From positions 1,437,518 to 1,501,517 of the forward strand of contig MU053810.1 of the NCBI GenBank assembly GCA_013239625.1: a DNA stretch of 64,000 nucleotides, in the 5' to 3' direction. Position 1 is the stretch's first letter, and each line of letters starts with the position of its first letter. Below are positions 42,861-54,640 of the stretch, piece by piece. This stretch comes from Lama guanicoe. Its lineage: Eukaryota. The position numbers and the translations under genes were made by a program. The notes beneath the pieces were generated by a model. That model saw only the letters and a program-made list of their open reading frames with translations. It did not search any database and was not told the DNA's origin.

Positions 42861-43789
42861 GAATTACAGCTCAAGCTGGACTGTTGACTTAGTGTCACCT
42901 TGGGAGACCTACACTGCCTGCTCCATTTATGACTTTTTCCATCAGTAAGATGGAAATGAATATAGGGACGGGCTTCATGAAACAGTTTAAAATGAGAGAA
43001 CGCAGAGGATGCAGAGGTCTGTCAGAATGGTTCTGGTGGATGATATTTACCTTAAACCTTCTGTTATTAATCAGAACTTGGGAAAAGTTCATTCCACCCT
43101 TTTACTATACTTCTGGTTTCGGGCTGTATTTTTCACTCATGTTCTTAATTTAATATCTTGAAGTACAGTGTGTGTATGTATATATATATGAAAATGTATG
43201 TGTGTATATGTGGTGCTCTATTTTCAGTGGAGATGAACACAAATTGAGTTCTTTGTGAAATTATTTTTGAACTGAACTGTGCTTAGGCTTCGTGCCATTA
43301 ACCTACTCAAGGTGGCTTTAAAAACACAGTCTCCTAAAACTTGGCTGTGGTGACTGTTATGGGTGAGGGGTGGGTGTTGGGCAGATTGTACAATGCATGA
43401 CAGAGTTAACTGCTCCCCACGTAACGGGGAGGGGTGGGGGGAGAGAGATCTCGTGTCTTAATAACAGATACAGTTGTTCTTCTGAACTGGTTTGTTTGTA
43501 TCTTCTGGACATGATGACCAGCGACCAGAAACATTACTTTTTAAAAACTGTGGTTCTTTGAAAGCTCAGAGCACAAGTTGTAGTCCACCTCTAACAGGTA
43601 CATAAACCTGGCCTGCATTTTGTCCCCTGGTTAGGTCTTGACTTACCTTTTCTTTTCTCTTCTCATTTATCTTTGTCCAGCTTTTCTCAGTTAAAATCTT
43701 TGTTTTAGAGATGAGAAATAAGTAAATGAAAAGCAATCATCATAATACATAAGTTTATCTGTTACAAAGTTGCTTTTCTGCTTTCTTTT

Positions 43790-43942
43790 TTTTTCCACTA
43801 ATTTTTTGGTTTTCTTGGGGTGGGGCATGGAGGTAATTAGGTTTATTTATTTGTTCATTTTTAATGGAGGTGCTCGGGATTGAGCCCAGGGCCTCTTGCA
43901 TGCTAAGCATGCACTCTACCACTTGAGCTGTACCCTCCCCAC
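43790..43942 (-). mobile_element. tRNA-derived SINE resembling camelid Vic-1, with 13-bp TSD
   Basis: Minus strand reads GGGGAGGGTACAGCTCAAGTGGTAGAGTGCATGCTTAGCATGCAAGAGGCCCTGGGCTCAATCCC (A and B boxes)...AAATAAACCTAATTACCTCC plus an A-rich tail. TSD TCTGCTTTCTTTT at 43777-43789 and 43943-43955. Confidence 0.9.
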
Positions 43943-46741
43943 TCTGCTTTCTTTTAATCTGACTAATTCTAGTCCTCTGCCTTTATTCTGAGCACATAAT
44001 TCTCAAAGCTTTAGTTATCTCTTTCCAGTATTCCACTCTGAGGAGTCTTTCTTCCTCACTGAGGTTCACACAGGATGTCTTCCCTCACCACCCCCCAGAC
44101 AACGATTCTGTTCAACTGAGGACGTTGCTGCGGAACGACAGACGTAGTGCCGCTTTTACTAGGACCGCTTCACCCACTGTGTATTGTGTCCCACTGTATA
44201 CTGCCTGCCCGACCTGACAGAATAATACCTGAGAAAAGCATAGAATAGAAAATGTTCTACGCTGTATTGTAGCCAGACTTTGAACCCGTTTTCATATGTG
44301 TTCTTTGGTTTGTGTGTATTTTGCCCTCTTTAATTAAACAGGTGGTGAGGTATGGAGTGATGGTACAGATTTGGGTGTTTAAATAGCATTAGAAGTCTTG
44401 TCAGGACCCTGTTTGGAATTAGGGTAGCCTGTTAAAGATTGTAGATCTGAACATGGGGTCAGAAACTGTGTGACCTTCTTTGAAATACAGACTTTTAATC
44501 CCTTCCTCCAGAGGCCATTCAAACGCATCTAAGTGCTAGCAGCTCGCCTTTCGCCTCCAAATTGGAATCAGCTGTCCCCAGTGCTGCTGCTTCAGGCGTC
44601 GCAGTGGAGAGTGGCCTGTGATTTTGTCAAGAGAGGGTCATGATTGCAAGGATGCAGAGTGACTCCCAGTTTACTTTTCTGGAATCTTACGACTTAGTTC
44701 CTCCCTTTTCCCCCACCTATTGTTTTCACTCTTTTAATTGGAAAATTTCCTGAGAATACTTACTGCTCAAGGTCTCATGCTGTAGGCGGCTGACTTAGCT
44801 GATGAGACTGTGAGGCTGTAGGGAGACTAATGAGAATGTGCCCTGGGGATAAACTCCGTAAGAATCAGAATATTTAGAAGTCAGTTTTCTACATATGCCT
44901 TGCTGTATTCAGTGATAGGGGAAATCTACATAAAGCTGATACATTCTCTCTAAACTTGGTGCTTGGTAGGTACATCCTGGTTTATTTAGATTAGGATAAT
45001 AATATTCTTTGGTTCAGTTGGAATATGGATCATTCAACGTGCAATGATGGTTTTTAAATAGTAGTAATATCCTTCCGTGTTTATGTGGATCTGTTTGTAG
45101 CAGTATCTCCCAGCTTCTTCTCTCTGAAACCGTAATCTGAACATCCAATAAAATATTTATTTCCCTAAACTCTAAAAGAGGAGTAAGATGGGCAGGATTT
45201 ATCATCTGAGAATGTGAAATTCATAAGTAATAATGATTTTCAAGATGTAAAGTAGTCCACTAGGTGCATTTAGGGTACAGTGAATATTGAGTCTACTATG
45301 CATACAGTACATAAATCCTTGCATAATTCTCTCCAGGATACAGACTTAAACTGTGGTTTCTGCTGACCCAATGAACCTAATTATTCAATTAGTGTATTTT
45401 TGTTTATTTGGTTAAAAGAGCCCACTCACCTTAACTGCCTGCATAGCTGGGAGCAAGTCCGATATTGTATCTGACTTCTTTTGCTTCACTCCTCCCCATC
45501 TCCTTTTGTCATCCCTTCCCTTCAATACGTTGAAAAAGATCTATAAAGAAAATACATCAATGTAATTTGCATTGCAAAATATTCATGAAAAAATGTATAA
45601 TAATAATTTGGGGCATACTAGCTCATATTTTTGATGCACATGGGTTCCCACTATTTAAATGAATCCTATCCTGAACTTTTGATTAGAAAGAAAAAGTCAA
45701 TTATTTTGCTAGTCCATAGTTTTATGTTTAAAATTAGCTACAGTTACTACATATGCATAATTCTTTAATAGTTATATTATCTTATATTAGCTACTTATTT
45801 TTTATTGAAGTGTAGTTGATTAATATTAGCTATTTTAATTGTGACTTTTTAGTATTTGTGTATTTCCTGACAATATACACCATTAATTTTTTTTTTCTGG
45901 TAAGTTAGCCCTTTTAGTAGACAATCAACTTGTTTTTAATTTTATGTAACTAATTACTAGTTTCCATATTTTGAATATATTTTTGGAATTTTAATTTTGA
46001 TTATTATAACTTTCTGTATTCCAAGAAAAAATTGAACTAAAGACATATCATGCATTTGCACTTTTGTTCCTTGGTTCTTGTTTGTTTGGAGTGGGAATAG
46101 AGAGAGTCATCTGAGTTTTTGTCACATGACAAAAGTTTAAAAAAATATTTTAACACCTATTTGAAAACTCTGAATTCCTTATAAAAATAAAGTTGACTTT
46201 AAGGTTAAATGAAAATGCCATTTCACATTTTAGTTTGAAAGTGTTCTTGCTATATTATAAAGACATTGCTTGATGTTTTATTTTCATTTGCTAACTTAAC
46301 ATCATAGGATATTATATGTCTTGCATAATGTATATTTTTATCTATTTGGCTTTATAATTTAAATTTAAAAATTTTGCCTACTTCTCTAAATGCTTATTTC
46401 TTTTATTAAATGGATTTTATGAATGCTTTTTGTTTGACATGAAGTATGTGTAAAAACAGTTCCTGTATCAGAATATTGTAGTAACATTTGTAAATATGGG
46501 ATAACTTGCAAAATATTCATAAGTATGTCATGAAACAATTTTGATTGAGGCTAACTTGTCACTCGCTGTTTTGTACACATGTATTACATGCTGTTGTGTT
46601 GGTTCTAATTTTCTCACAGTTGGTTTATCCCACAATGGATTTATCCAGTCTTCCAGTTACTTTCTACAATTGGTTTAGCTAACCTTCCATCAACAGAAAA
46701 ATCAGTACTGGTTTTTTTAAATAGAATTGTGGCATTTTATT

Positions 46742-47600
46742 TTTCTTCCAGTTTTTTGAAATATAATTGACATACAGCACTGTGTAAGTTTAAGATGTGC
46801 AGCATAATGAAGTGATGGCCACAGTAAGTTTAGTGAACAACCACCATCTCACACAGATACAAAATTAAAGAAACAGAAAAAAAGTTTTTTTCCTTGCAAT
46901 GAGAACTCAAGAATTACTGTCTTAAGAACTTTCATGTAATGTACAGATGTGTTGATTATATTTATCTTGTTGTCCACTACATCTCCAGTGTTTTATTCAT
47001 CTTATAACTGGAAGTTTGTATCTTTTAACCACCTTTGCCACCATACCAACATGAAACATTATTATTGACTATATTCCCTACACTGTACGTTTCATCCCTG
47101 TGACTCATTTATTTTATAACTGGCAGTTGGTACCTCTTAAGTTCCCTCACTTGTGAGTGCTGTGTTGCACATGGGTGCCGTGTATATCCTTGGACACATC
47201 TCTTCACGTTCGTATGGAGGACTTCTATTTAGAGGTAGAATTCATGGGTTACTGGGCTTGTCAGTGTTGTGCTATAAAAGATAAAACCTGGGACAAACCC
47301 TGGTAGATCTTCCAAGACAAAGAACTGCAAACATAAAGGCGAGTGGGACCCTGATAATGATTCCTGTGTAGGAATCACATAGTCTTAATTGCGTTAGCTT
47401 TCAACAAGTCTTCATGCCTGGTGGGACAGAGCTGTCCGCCTTGGTCTTGATCTTCAGAAGTGTTTTGGCTGTTCTAGAAGGCTCTTTGCTTTTCCATATC
47501 TATTTTAGAATAAACTTTTCAAGTTTCACTAAAAACTCTGTTGAACATTTGATTGAAATCACATTACATCTCAGGGTCATTTGGTAAAGAATCTAAACAC
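46742..47600 (-). mobile_element. L1 3' end (antisense, ~46742-47150) abutting older antisense L1 fragments
   Basis: TTGAAATATAATTGACATACAGCACTGTGTAAGTTTAAG...CTTATAACTGGAAGTTTGTA, then TTTCCATATCTATTTTAGAAT...TTGATTGAAATCACATT. Confidence 0.75.
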
Positions 47601-48569
47601 CTTGGAGACGATGTAATTTCTTTTCTCCAGCAGCTAAAAGGCAGAACATGTGCCACCGTGCTTTTGTAACAAACTGTTAACGGTGGGTATTTGGCAAGTG
47701 ACCTGTATTAATAGAATTGATGTCCTTAGATTGAGGGCTAGTCCTGTTTTCCTGATCACGTCATGATACTAACCATACATCTAACTACTTCTTAGTAAGT
47801 AATGGGGGGAACCATAGATTAATTAAAATGAACAACTCAGCTAAGGAAAAGAATGTGAATTCCGAACTTGTTAGGAACTACCACAAATGAGAGGTGGTCA
47901 CCAGGCAAATAATGCATGTAAATGACATTTTACAGTGTCATCTTAGGAACCTGGCTCACAGCAGTTCCAAGCAAGGCTTTAAATTTGCTGCTTATAAGAA
48001 TTAGCTCTGATGAGAATAGTAAAGTCCTCTGGATTTAGGATTTTCCTCAATGTTTGCTCTTTGCTAATTAATATTAATTCCATGGCTGATTTACAATGAA
48101 CGAGAGTACACATTACAAATTGCTACCATTTAAAGATAATAGACTTATGATTGTATCTAGACTGTAGGCATTTATAAGTTAGAAGTTTATCATCTGCTTA
48201 ATTTGAAAGTCCTAACTTCACCTTCCACCTCAACACAGTTTATGACTGGCTGTCACTCTGAACTCATTCCTTCTGATCTGGATATTTTTAGTTGGGAGTA
48301 AATGGACAAGCCGGACAGGCTGTTTTATTTCTTTGTTATTTAGCCTTTGTTATCTTTTTAACATCTGTTGTTCATTTCAGATATTTAAAGAAAAACAAGC
48401 ATGATTCAAAGTCATTCTGCAGATGATAGTCTCACTGTCTGGACGTTGCAAAACAGCTTCACGTGGGAAGCCAGATTTGTGCAATCTCAGTTTTGTCAAG
48501 CTGTTTTTAGAAGAGTGGCTTGTAAAATAGGCACGACCAATACCGATAGATGCTGAGTTTTCTAAAACT

Positions 48570-49240
48570 AAGCACTGATGTTTGACTTCAGACCGTGCTT
48601 CCCTATCGCCAGTTCCCTTATCCTGGCTCGGGCAGGCACCATCCTTTCTCGCCTAGTTCATTTCAGTCGCTTCTCACCTTTCCTCCAACATCAACCTGCT
48701 GGAAGCCATTCTTCATTCCACAGCCGAACAGATCTTTCTGAAATGCACATCTGACTGTGCCCCTCCTCTGCTGAAATGCCTTCCTGTCTTCCTAAGGCTC
48801 TCCCACTAGAGGTCAAAGCCCTCAAAAACCTGGTCCTGGTTGACTTCTCCAGGTTCCGATCCATCACTTCCTCCCTCCTCCTCTCCCAAGTACCCCACAC
48901 TCTGTCCCCCTGAAACCACACATGCCATTTCCTCTTCTTGGGGACCCTGTCTTCCTCTTCTTGGCTATTTGTCCTTCAGGGCTCAGCTTCAGCTTGATTT
49001 TCAGCATTACTGAATCATTTCCCAATGTTTGTCTGCGAGCCCCAAGTCTGAGGCTAGTGCCTCTCCCAAGTGCGCTCTGCTCAAACTCATCATATCGCTT
49101 ATCGTCGGTGGTGGTGTGACAGGCCCTGCCTGCACTTGACTGTGAGCTGCCCGAGGCCAGAGGCCATGTGTGGCTGGTCACCACTGCATCACCAGCTCCA
49201 AGTGTAGGAAGCCCTCTTTGAAAACCTGTGGGATGAAGGA
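48570..49240 (+). mobile_element. L2 fragment
   Basis: TCTTTCTGAAATGCACATCTGACTGTGCCCCTCCTCTGCT...CTTGACTGTGAGCTGCCCGAGGCCAGAGGCCATGT. Confidence 0.7.
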
Positions 49241-50968
49241 ATCTTGCTAGGGTTCTACTTGTAGGATGGTACTCTGTTCAGATTTATCACTCAGGCAGAG
49301 TTTTGTTTGTGCATATTTCTTTGGGCAGAATTTCTAAATCATAATTTCTTTAACATGATGCCTTGGATTTAAATATTTGTGACTAAACGGTATAGACAAG
49401 CTGAAGATTGACTTCAGAGTAAAGGAATTTGTCATGTGCGTTTGTGAAGAACTGAGAATTCATTTATAAATGATGGTTTAGGAACACTCCAGTCACTTAG
49501 TCAGCTAGGAAGAACAGAGAAACAGATACTTTAATGATTTATAACCCAGCAACTGGAATTGTTTAGTAAAATAGTAAAATCGGTTCACTTGTTTCTCTGG
49601 AGAGAATTCCATCGTTAAAAATGATATGTGGATAAACAACAAATGAAATAGAAATTTGAGATTGAACCTTGAAATTTGCATAAACAGCTTTTCAGGTATT
49701 TCACAGCTAAAGATGCAAACTAGTTTCAGATACAAATCATAAACTTTTTTTTCAACAGAAGAGTCTAAAAAAGGTCTCTTTGTACCATACTCAGTAATGT
49801 GAGTTAACTGTTTCCAAGGTCTTGAAGGGGATCCAGACGCTGAAGTTTCCATCACTTTGGGCGGCATCCTTCACGTACTCAACAACTCGTATTTGTTCTT
49901 CAAGCACGTTTTCTCACTCTTGTCTCACCCTCACTATTTATTGCTTTACTTAGAAATATTCTCCAAAGTTCTTCCTGTATTCCATAGTAATTTGATGGAG
50001 TGAACATCTGATAGTTTTATCTGCTCAGTATCTCTTACCCTCTTCTTAGGTACCAGTGTCTTCTCATTACTTGGGAGTGTTCAGTCTTTTGGGCAGGTCC
50101 TCTCTCTGACTCTGTGTCGCTCCCCCGAGCCTTTTATCAGAAAGTTGTGCTTCCCTGGACAGTTCAGTATGTGTCCCAAAAGTGGGTAACCCTTCATCTT
50201 GGACCTCAGGCTAGTTAGTCCTTTTCTAAATGTTACATACACATTCTAGAAGAGAGAGGGTCTTTTAAAAAAATTCTAGGAGTCACTGCATTAGGAAGAG
50301 AAAACATCCAAAGCCATTTATAGGCAGCCTTAGACTTTCTGAGAGCATAAATGAGAACATTTCAGTTCTGAGTTGAGATGTATTACTTGCCACTGAAAGA
50401 GTCTTGGTAAATACGTCAACATTTTCAGTTCTGTTGGTATTTGAATAGTTACTTGATTGAGGCCTTTTCTCCCATTAAATTGTAACCTCTGTGAGGGTAG
50501 GAACCATTTTTGTTTTACTTTTTTGTTTTCTTGGCACTTTTCATAGTGTTTGGTATTTGGAGGTACTCAATAAATATTTGTCAAATGAATTTTTTGCATA
50601 AGTTCATTTAGTAGTGTCATCTCAGTGACTATTAAAATCATTCAGTGCTCATACATCAGGTGAGAGCCATCAGAGGAGTCAAAAGTTGTGATTGCAATGG
50701 TTTTTTTTTTTTCCCTGTTGGTTTTCTTGAGCAATTTCGAGTCACTTTCTCATTTTTCAAATTAAGTTCTCTAACCTGGGTCTTATTTTTCTATTCTTTC
50801 TTCATGTTTAATTTGGTGTCTTCTCTCCCTATTCTTTTATTTTTCTTATGGATACAGATAAACATTTAAGCAGTAGGAAAGGGAAAGCCTTAACTCTTCA
50901 ATGGACGACACATCGTAGCTTGTGTTAGGCCATTAATCTGTACCCTGAATTAAGAGGCAAAGAAAATC

Positions 50969-50992
50969 CACACACACACACACACACACACA
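50969..50992. repeat. (CA)n microsatellite
   Basis: Direct observation. Confidence 0.95.
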
Positions 50993-51629
50993 AATTAAGC
51001 AGAAGATCGTTCATCCATAGCCAGTAGTTATTTTATTTACTTAATACTTTTTACTGGGTTTTTCCCAGACCATTAAAAATTTAAAAAGAAAGCAAAAATA
51101 GTAAAATTACATTTCAGGTTGACTTACTTATTGAATAAAGACCTACAAAGATCTGTTTTTCTTCTAAGTTTAAAATACATTAACTTATTCCTCCATCTAT
51201 CCATTTATTCAATAAGTAACCAATATTTTTAAAAAAATGAACAGAGGAATAAATTGATGCCTTTATTAGAAGTACAATAGGCTTGTAGGTTAATTGGAAA
51301 CCTAGCCATTCTGTCTCATATTCCTAACATGTTAGTTGGGGACCATCATATGTCACACATTTATGTGTGGTGCGTGCTTAAAAAATACGACATTTTCATG
51401 GTATGATTGAAATCATTTTATAAAGTTCAATTTAATTTCATAATTCACTGTTTTAGATGAAAGTGAAAAATGGTTTCCATCCTTAGGAATGTGACATAGC
51501 ATGAGTCTAGCGGGAGAACTGTCACAAGCTTGAGTATAATACAGGGACAAACCAGTGCTGGTGGGAGGGGCCCCAGGGGTGCGGGTTGAGGGAAGGCTCG
51601 TGGCAGTAGACAGCATTTGATTGTCTTAT

Positions 51630-51810
51630 GGTTGTTAAAAGATGCTTCTGAGGCCAGACATCCTTGGCTTGGGTCCAAAACTTGGCTCACAATTGACCAG
51701 TTGAGTGACTTTGTATAAAAATGTAACTCCTTCAGCCTCCATTTCTTCATCTGTATTATGGGGACAGAATTACTTATCTGCAGTGAAAAAAAAATTTGTT
51801 CTCTGAAGGC
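51630..51810 (+). mobile_element. MIR SINE
   Basis: TCTGAGGCCAGAC...GAGTGACTTTG...AGCCTCCATTTCTTCATCTGTATTATGGGGA. Confidence 0.65.
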
Positions 51811-53051
51811 TTGATGTGGTTTGCTTAGAAACGTAAGGAAGTGTAGAAGCAGTAAGTTGAGGGAAGATGGTAAAGAAGAGCAAAAAATAGGGCAGAGCCC
51901 GGCAAGGCATTCTCCACAGAATGGTGATCAGACTGAGGAGGTCTTCACGTGTCATTTCAAACAGTTAATTCCTGATGTATCCATGTTTCAAACTGCCAGA
52001 GACAAAACCATATGATCTTCGGTGCAGTAGTGATCACATGCAGTGGTACTGTGGTGGGTTGAATCAGTATTAAGGCCAGTGAGCACCTTTGATGGCCATG
52101 TGAACGTCAAATGGCAGCAGGGTCCCCTCCAGCAGCCTTGGACATGTATGGCTGGGCCGCGGGTTACAGAGCACTGCTCTGTTTCAGAACCCTCCCCCTC
52201 ACTCAGCCGTAGCCTAGGGCAGGCTTTGGATTTGAAGAGCATTATTCCAATGAAACATACATTAAAAGAACATTCAGAGAATTTATTTTTAACAAACTCA
52301 TGTTGTATAAAATGAAATGAAGTGCCCAGAAACGGTTTTCTTTTCTTGGCCTGGGCTGAAGACAGGAAATAAAATTCTGCTGTGTCATCTACTTTGAAGC
52401 AAGAAAATAATTCTTTGACCTTATTAACATACTTGCCTCAAGGGATAAATAAACTGCTGTATAAGGTTACATAACTCCCTTGGGTGACAAGTTAACTTTT
52501 TTGGATTATGATGTTCTACTTATAAAAGAGATCCAAAAATGCTACGTGTGTCTTAGGGAATTTATTTGAAAAGGTAAGCAGTGTATGTGTAAGGGCAAGA
52601 CAGCTCTTCCAAGATTTCATCGGTGAATGGAAGATAAGAAATGCCAAAATAAGAAATGAATAAAAGTCTTTGAATATCCAGAGTTCCTGAGCATTTCCTC
52701 TGTAGCATTTCCCCCCAGAACTACACGGAGGCCGCTGGTGTTTTTGTCAAGGCCAGCCGTCTATACAGAAGAAGGGGGACACACGGAGTTATCTGAGAGC
52801 GATGGGACTCCTTGTTCCCACACTCAACGTCTACCACGTTAATGTGTCAGTGGTCGTCAGCTTTAGAGTCATGTTTTGTGTTGAGGTGTCGTGGAAAGTG
52901 TCAGCATCGAAAGGAGAGGCAGTGGTTGGCCAGGGCCTTCATGCATGAAACCTTTGTAGAACAGGTTTGGTAAAAAGAGAGCATTCAGGTTCCAGCCACC
53001 TGGGTAAGGCAGGGCCCCTGGTTAGACCAGGAACAGGAGGAAGTCACTAAG

Positions 53052-53072
53052 AGTGTGTGTGGGCATGTGAGG

Positions 53073-53105
<33 letters not shown>
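53052..53105. repeat. (GT)n microsatellite
   Basis: Direct observation. Confidence 0.95.
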
Positions 53106-53107
<2 letters not shown>

Positions 53108-53431
53108 GGTGTAAGGGCTACAGAGGAACAGGGGTGCCAAAGGGGAGCTGAGAGAGAACTGCTAAAGAGAGGTGGGTGGGCTGTGAGGACCAGCCCAATA
53201 CACATCTCGTGTGTGTAGAGTGTAGTGCCTTGGGTACCATTTAACACGTATTTCTGCTGTTACGTTCTTTGCTCATATAATCGAATGTGGATACAGTGTC
53301 CTAAGATACCCAAATTATCCAACTTGTTTATCCTATGAAGTGGAAGAAACTGGCTTGATATATTATGAATTACTTTGAAATTAATATGCTATTAAGTTGG
53401 TGTTGATGGTGAAGTTTAGTTCCCCCCAAAA

Positions 53432-54640
53432 TTACTTATTCACTCAACAAACATTTGCTATATATATGCTATGTGCCAAGCATTGTGCTGTGTATGTAAA
53501 TATAAAAATGATAGTCTTTGTCAATGCAGTATTAAAAACAGGAAGGTAAAGAGATAATTCTAAGAAAATATGGGTGAGAGAGGAAGGAGGGGAGGAGGAG
53601 AAGGGGGTACAAGCGCTGTGGATTCGGCAAAAAGGGACCAGAGGCTTTAGATGAAAGGGTCAGGGGAGGCTTCCTGGAGGAGCTGTTTCAGTCTCACTTT
53701 GAAGTGTAAGTGAGACTTAGGAGGGTGGAGAAGATGGAAATACACTACGTTCCCAACAGAGAGAACAGAGTCTGGAGGCCGGAAACAGCGTGCTGTGTGG
53801 GGTACTGCATTGCCTGGGGGGAGAGACGGCTGGAAGACTCAGAAAGATCGTCTCTACTGTAGATGGATGTTGAACTCTTGTCTGAAGGTGACAGCTGGCC
53901 AATGACAGATTTTTGTCAGCTGACTGACAAACTCAGATGGGTGCTTTAGAAAGGTCTCTCTGGTATTGGAATGGAGAGCAGACAGGAAGGGGCAGACATG
54001 GAGACAGACTAGACTTAGAAACTACTGGAATAATAAGAATAAAAGTCAATGAAGGCTTCCAATAAGAGGAGAAAGTCTGAGATAATCCCCAAGTTCCGCA
54101 GGGGCTTTAGGGAGTGCAGAGATGAATTCGGCTTGGACTTGTGAACTACTGAGTTGCTCCTGGGGCATACCAGTGGAGAGACTTGTCTACCAGGTGGAGG
54201 TCTTGGTTGAGACGGAGATGCTGAATCACAAGTGTACAAGTGATGGTAGAAACAAGCCAAGAAGCACAGAAAGACAGAGAAGAGCAGAGTGCAAGGGCAG
54301 AGTCCCAGAGAACGGATGATGGACCAGGAGGGAGAACGAGGAGGAGGTACCTGGAGAGAGGGCAGCCGATCAACAGGAGGCAAAGCAGATCATTAGAACT
54401 GGGAAGGAGGGGTCGTCTGGGAATTTAGTAAGAGCGGTTTGGGTGGAGGAATGCGGGCCAGCTGGGGCCAGAATTTGTAGGATAAATGCTGAAGGTAAGA
54501 GGAGAAAGGAGCGACATGGATGACACTATATTCTTTTAAAAAAAAACATGCCTGGGGAAGAAATGATGGCAGAAAGCAGTCAGAGAAGAACACAGGGGCA
54601 AGAGAGGGTTTTGGTAGAGTAGATTTGAGCCTGCTTACAG
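53432..54640 (-). mobile_element. L2 LINE, antisense
   Basis: ATTCACTCAACAAACATTTG...CTATGTGCCAAGCATTGTGCT, GTCAGGGGAGGCTTCCTGGAGGAG and TTTAGAAAGGTCTCTCTGG. Confidence 0.75.

Noticed and set aside
43860..43942. tRNA gene on the minus strand
   Set aside because: It has a SINE tail, a TSD and a mutated B box, so it is a tRNA-derived SINE.
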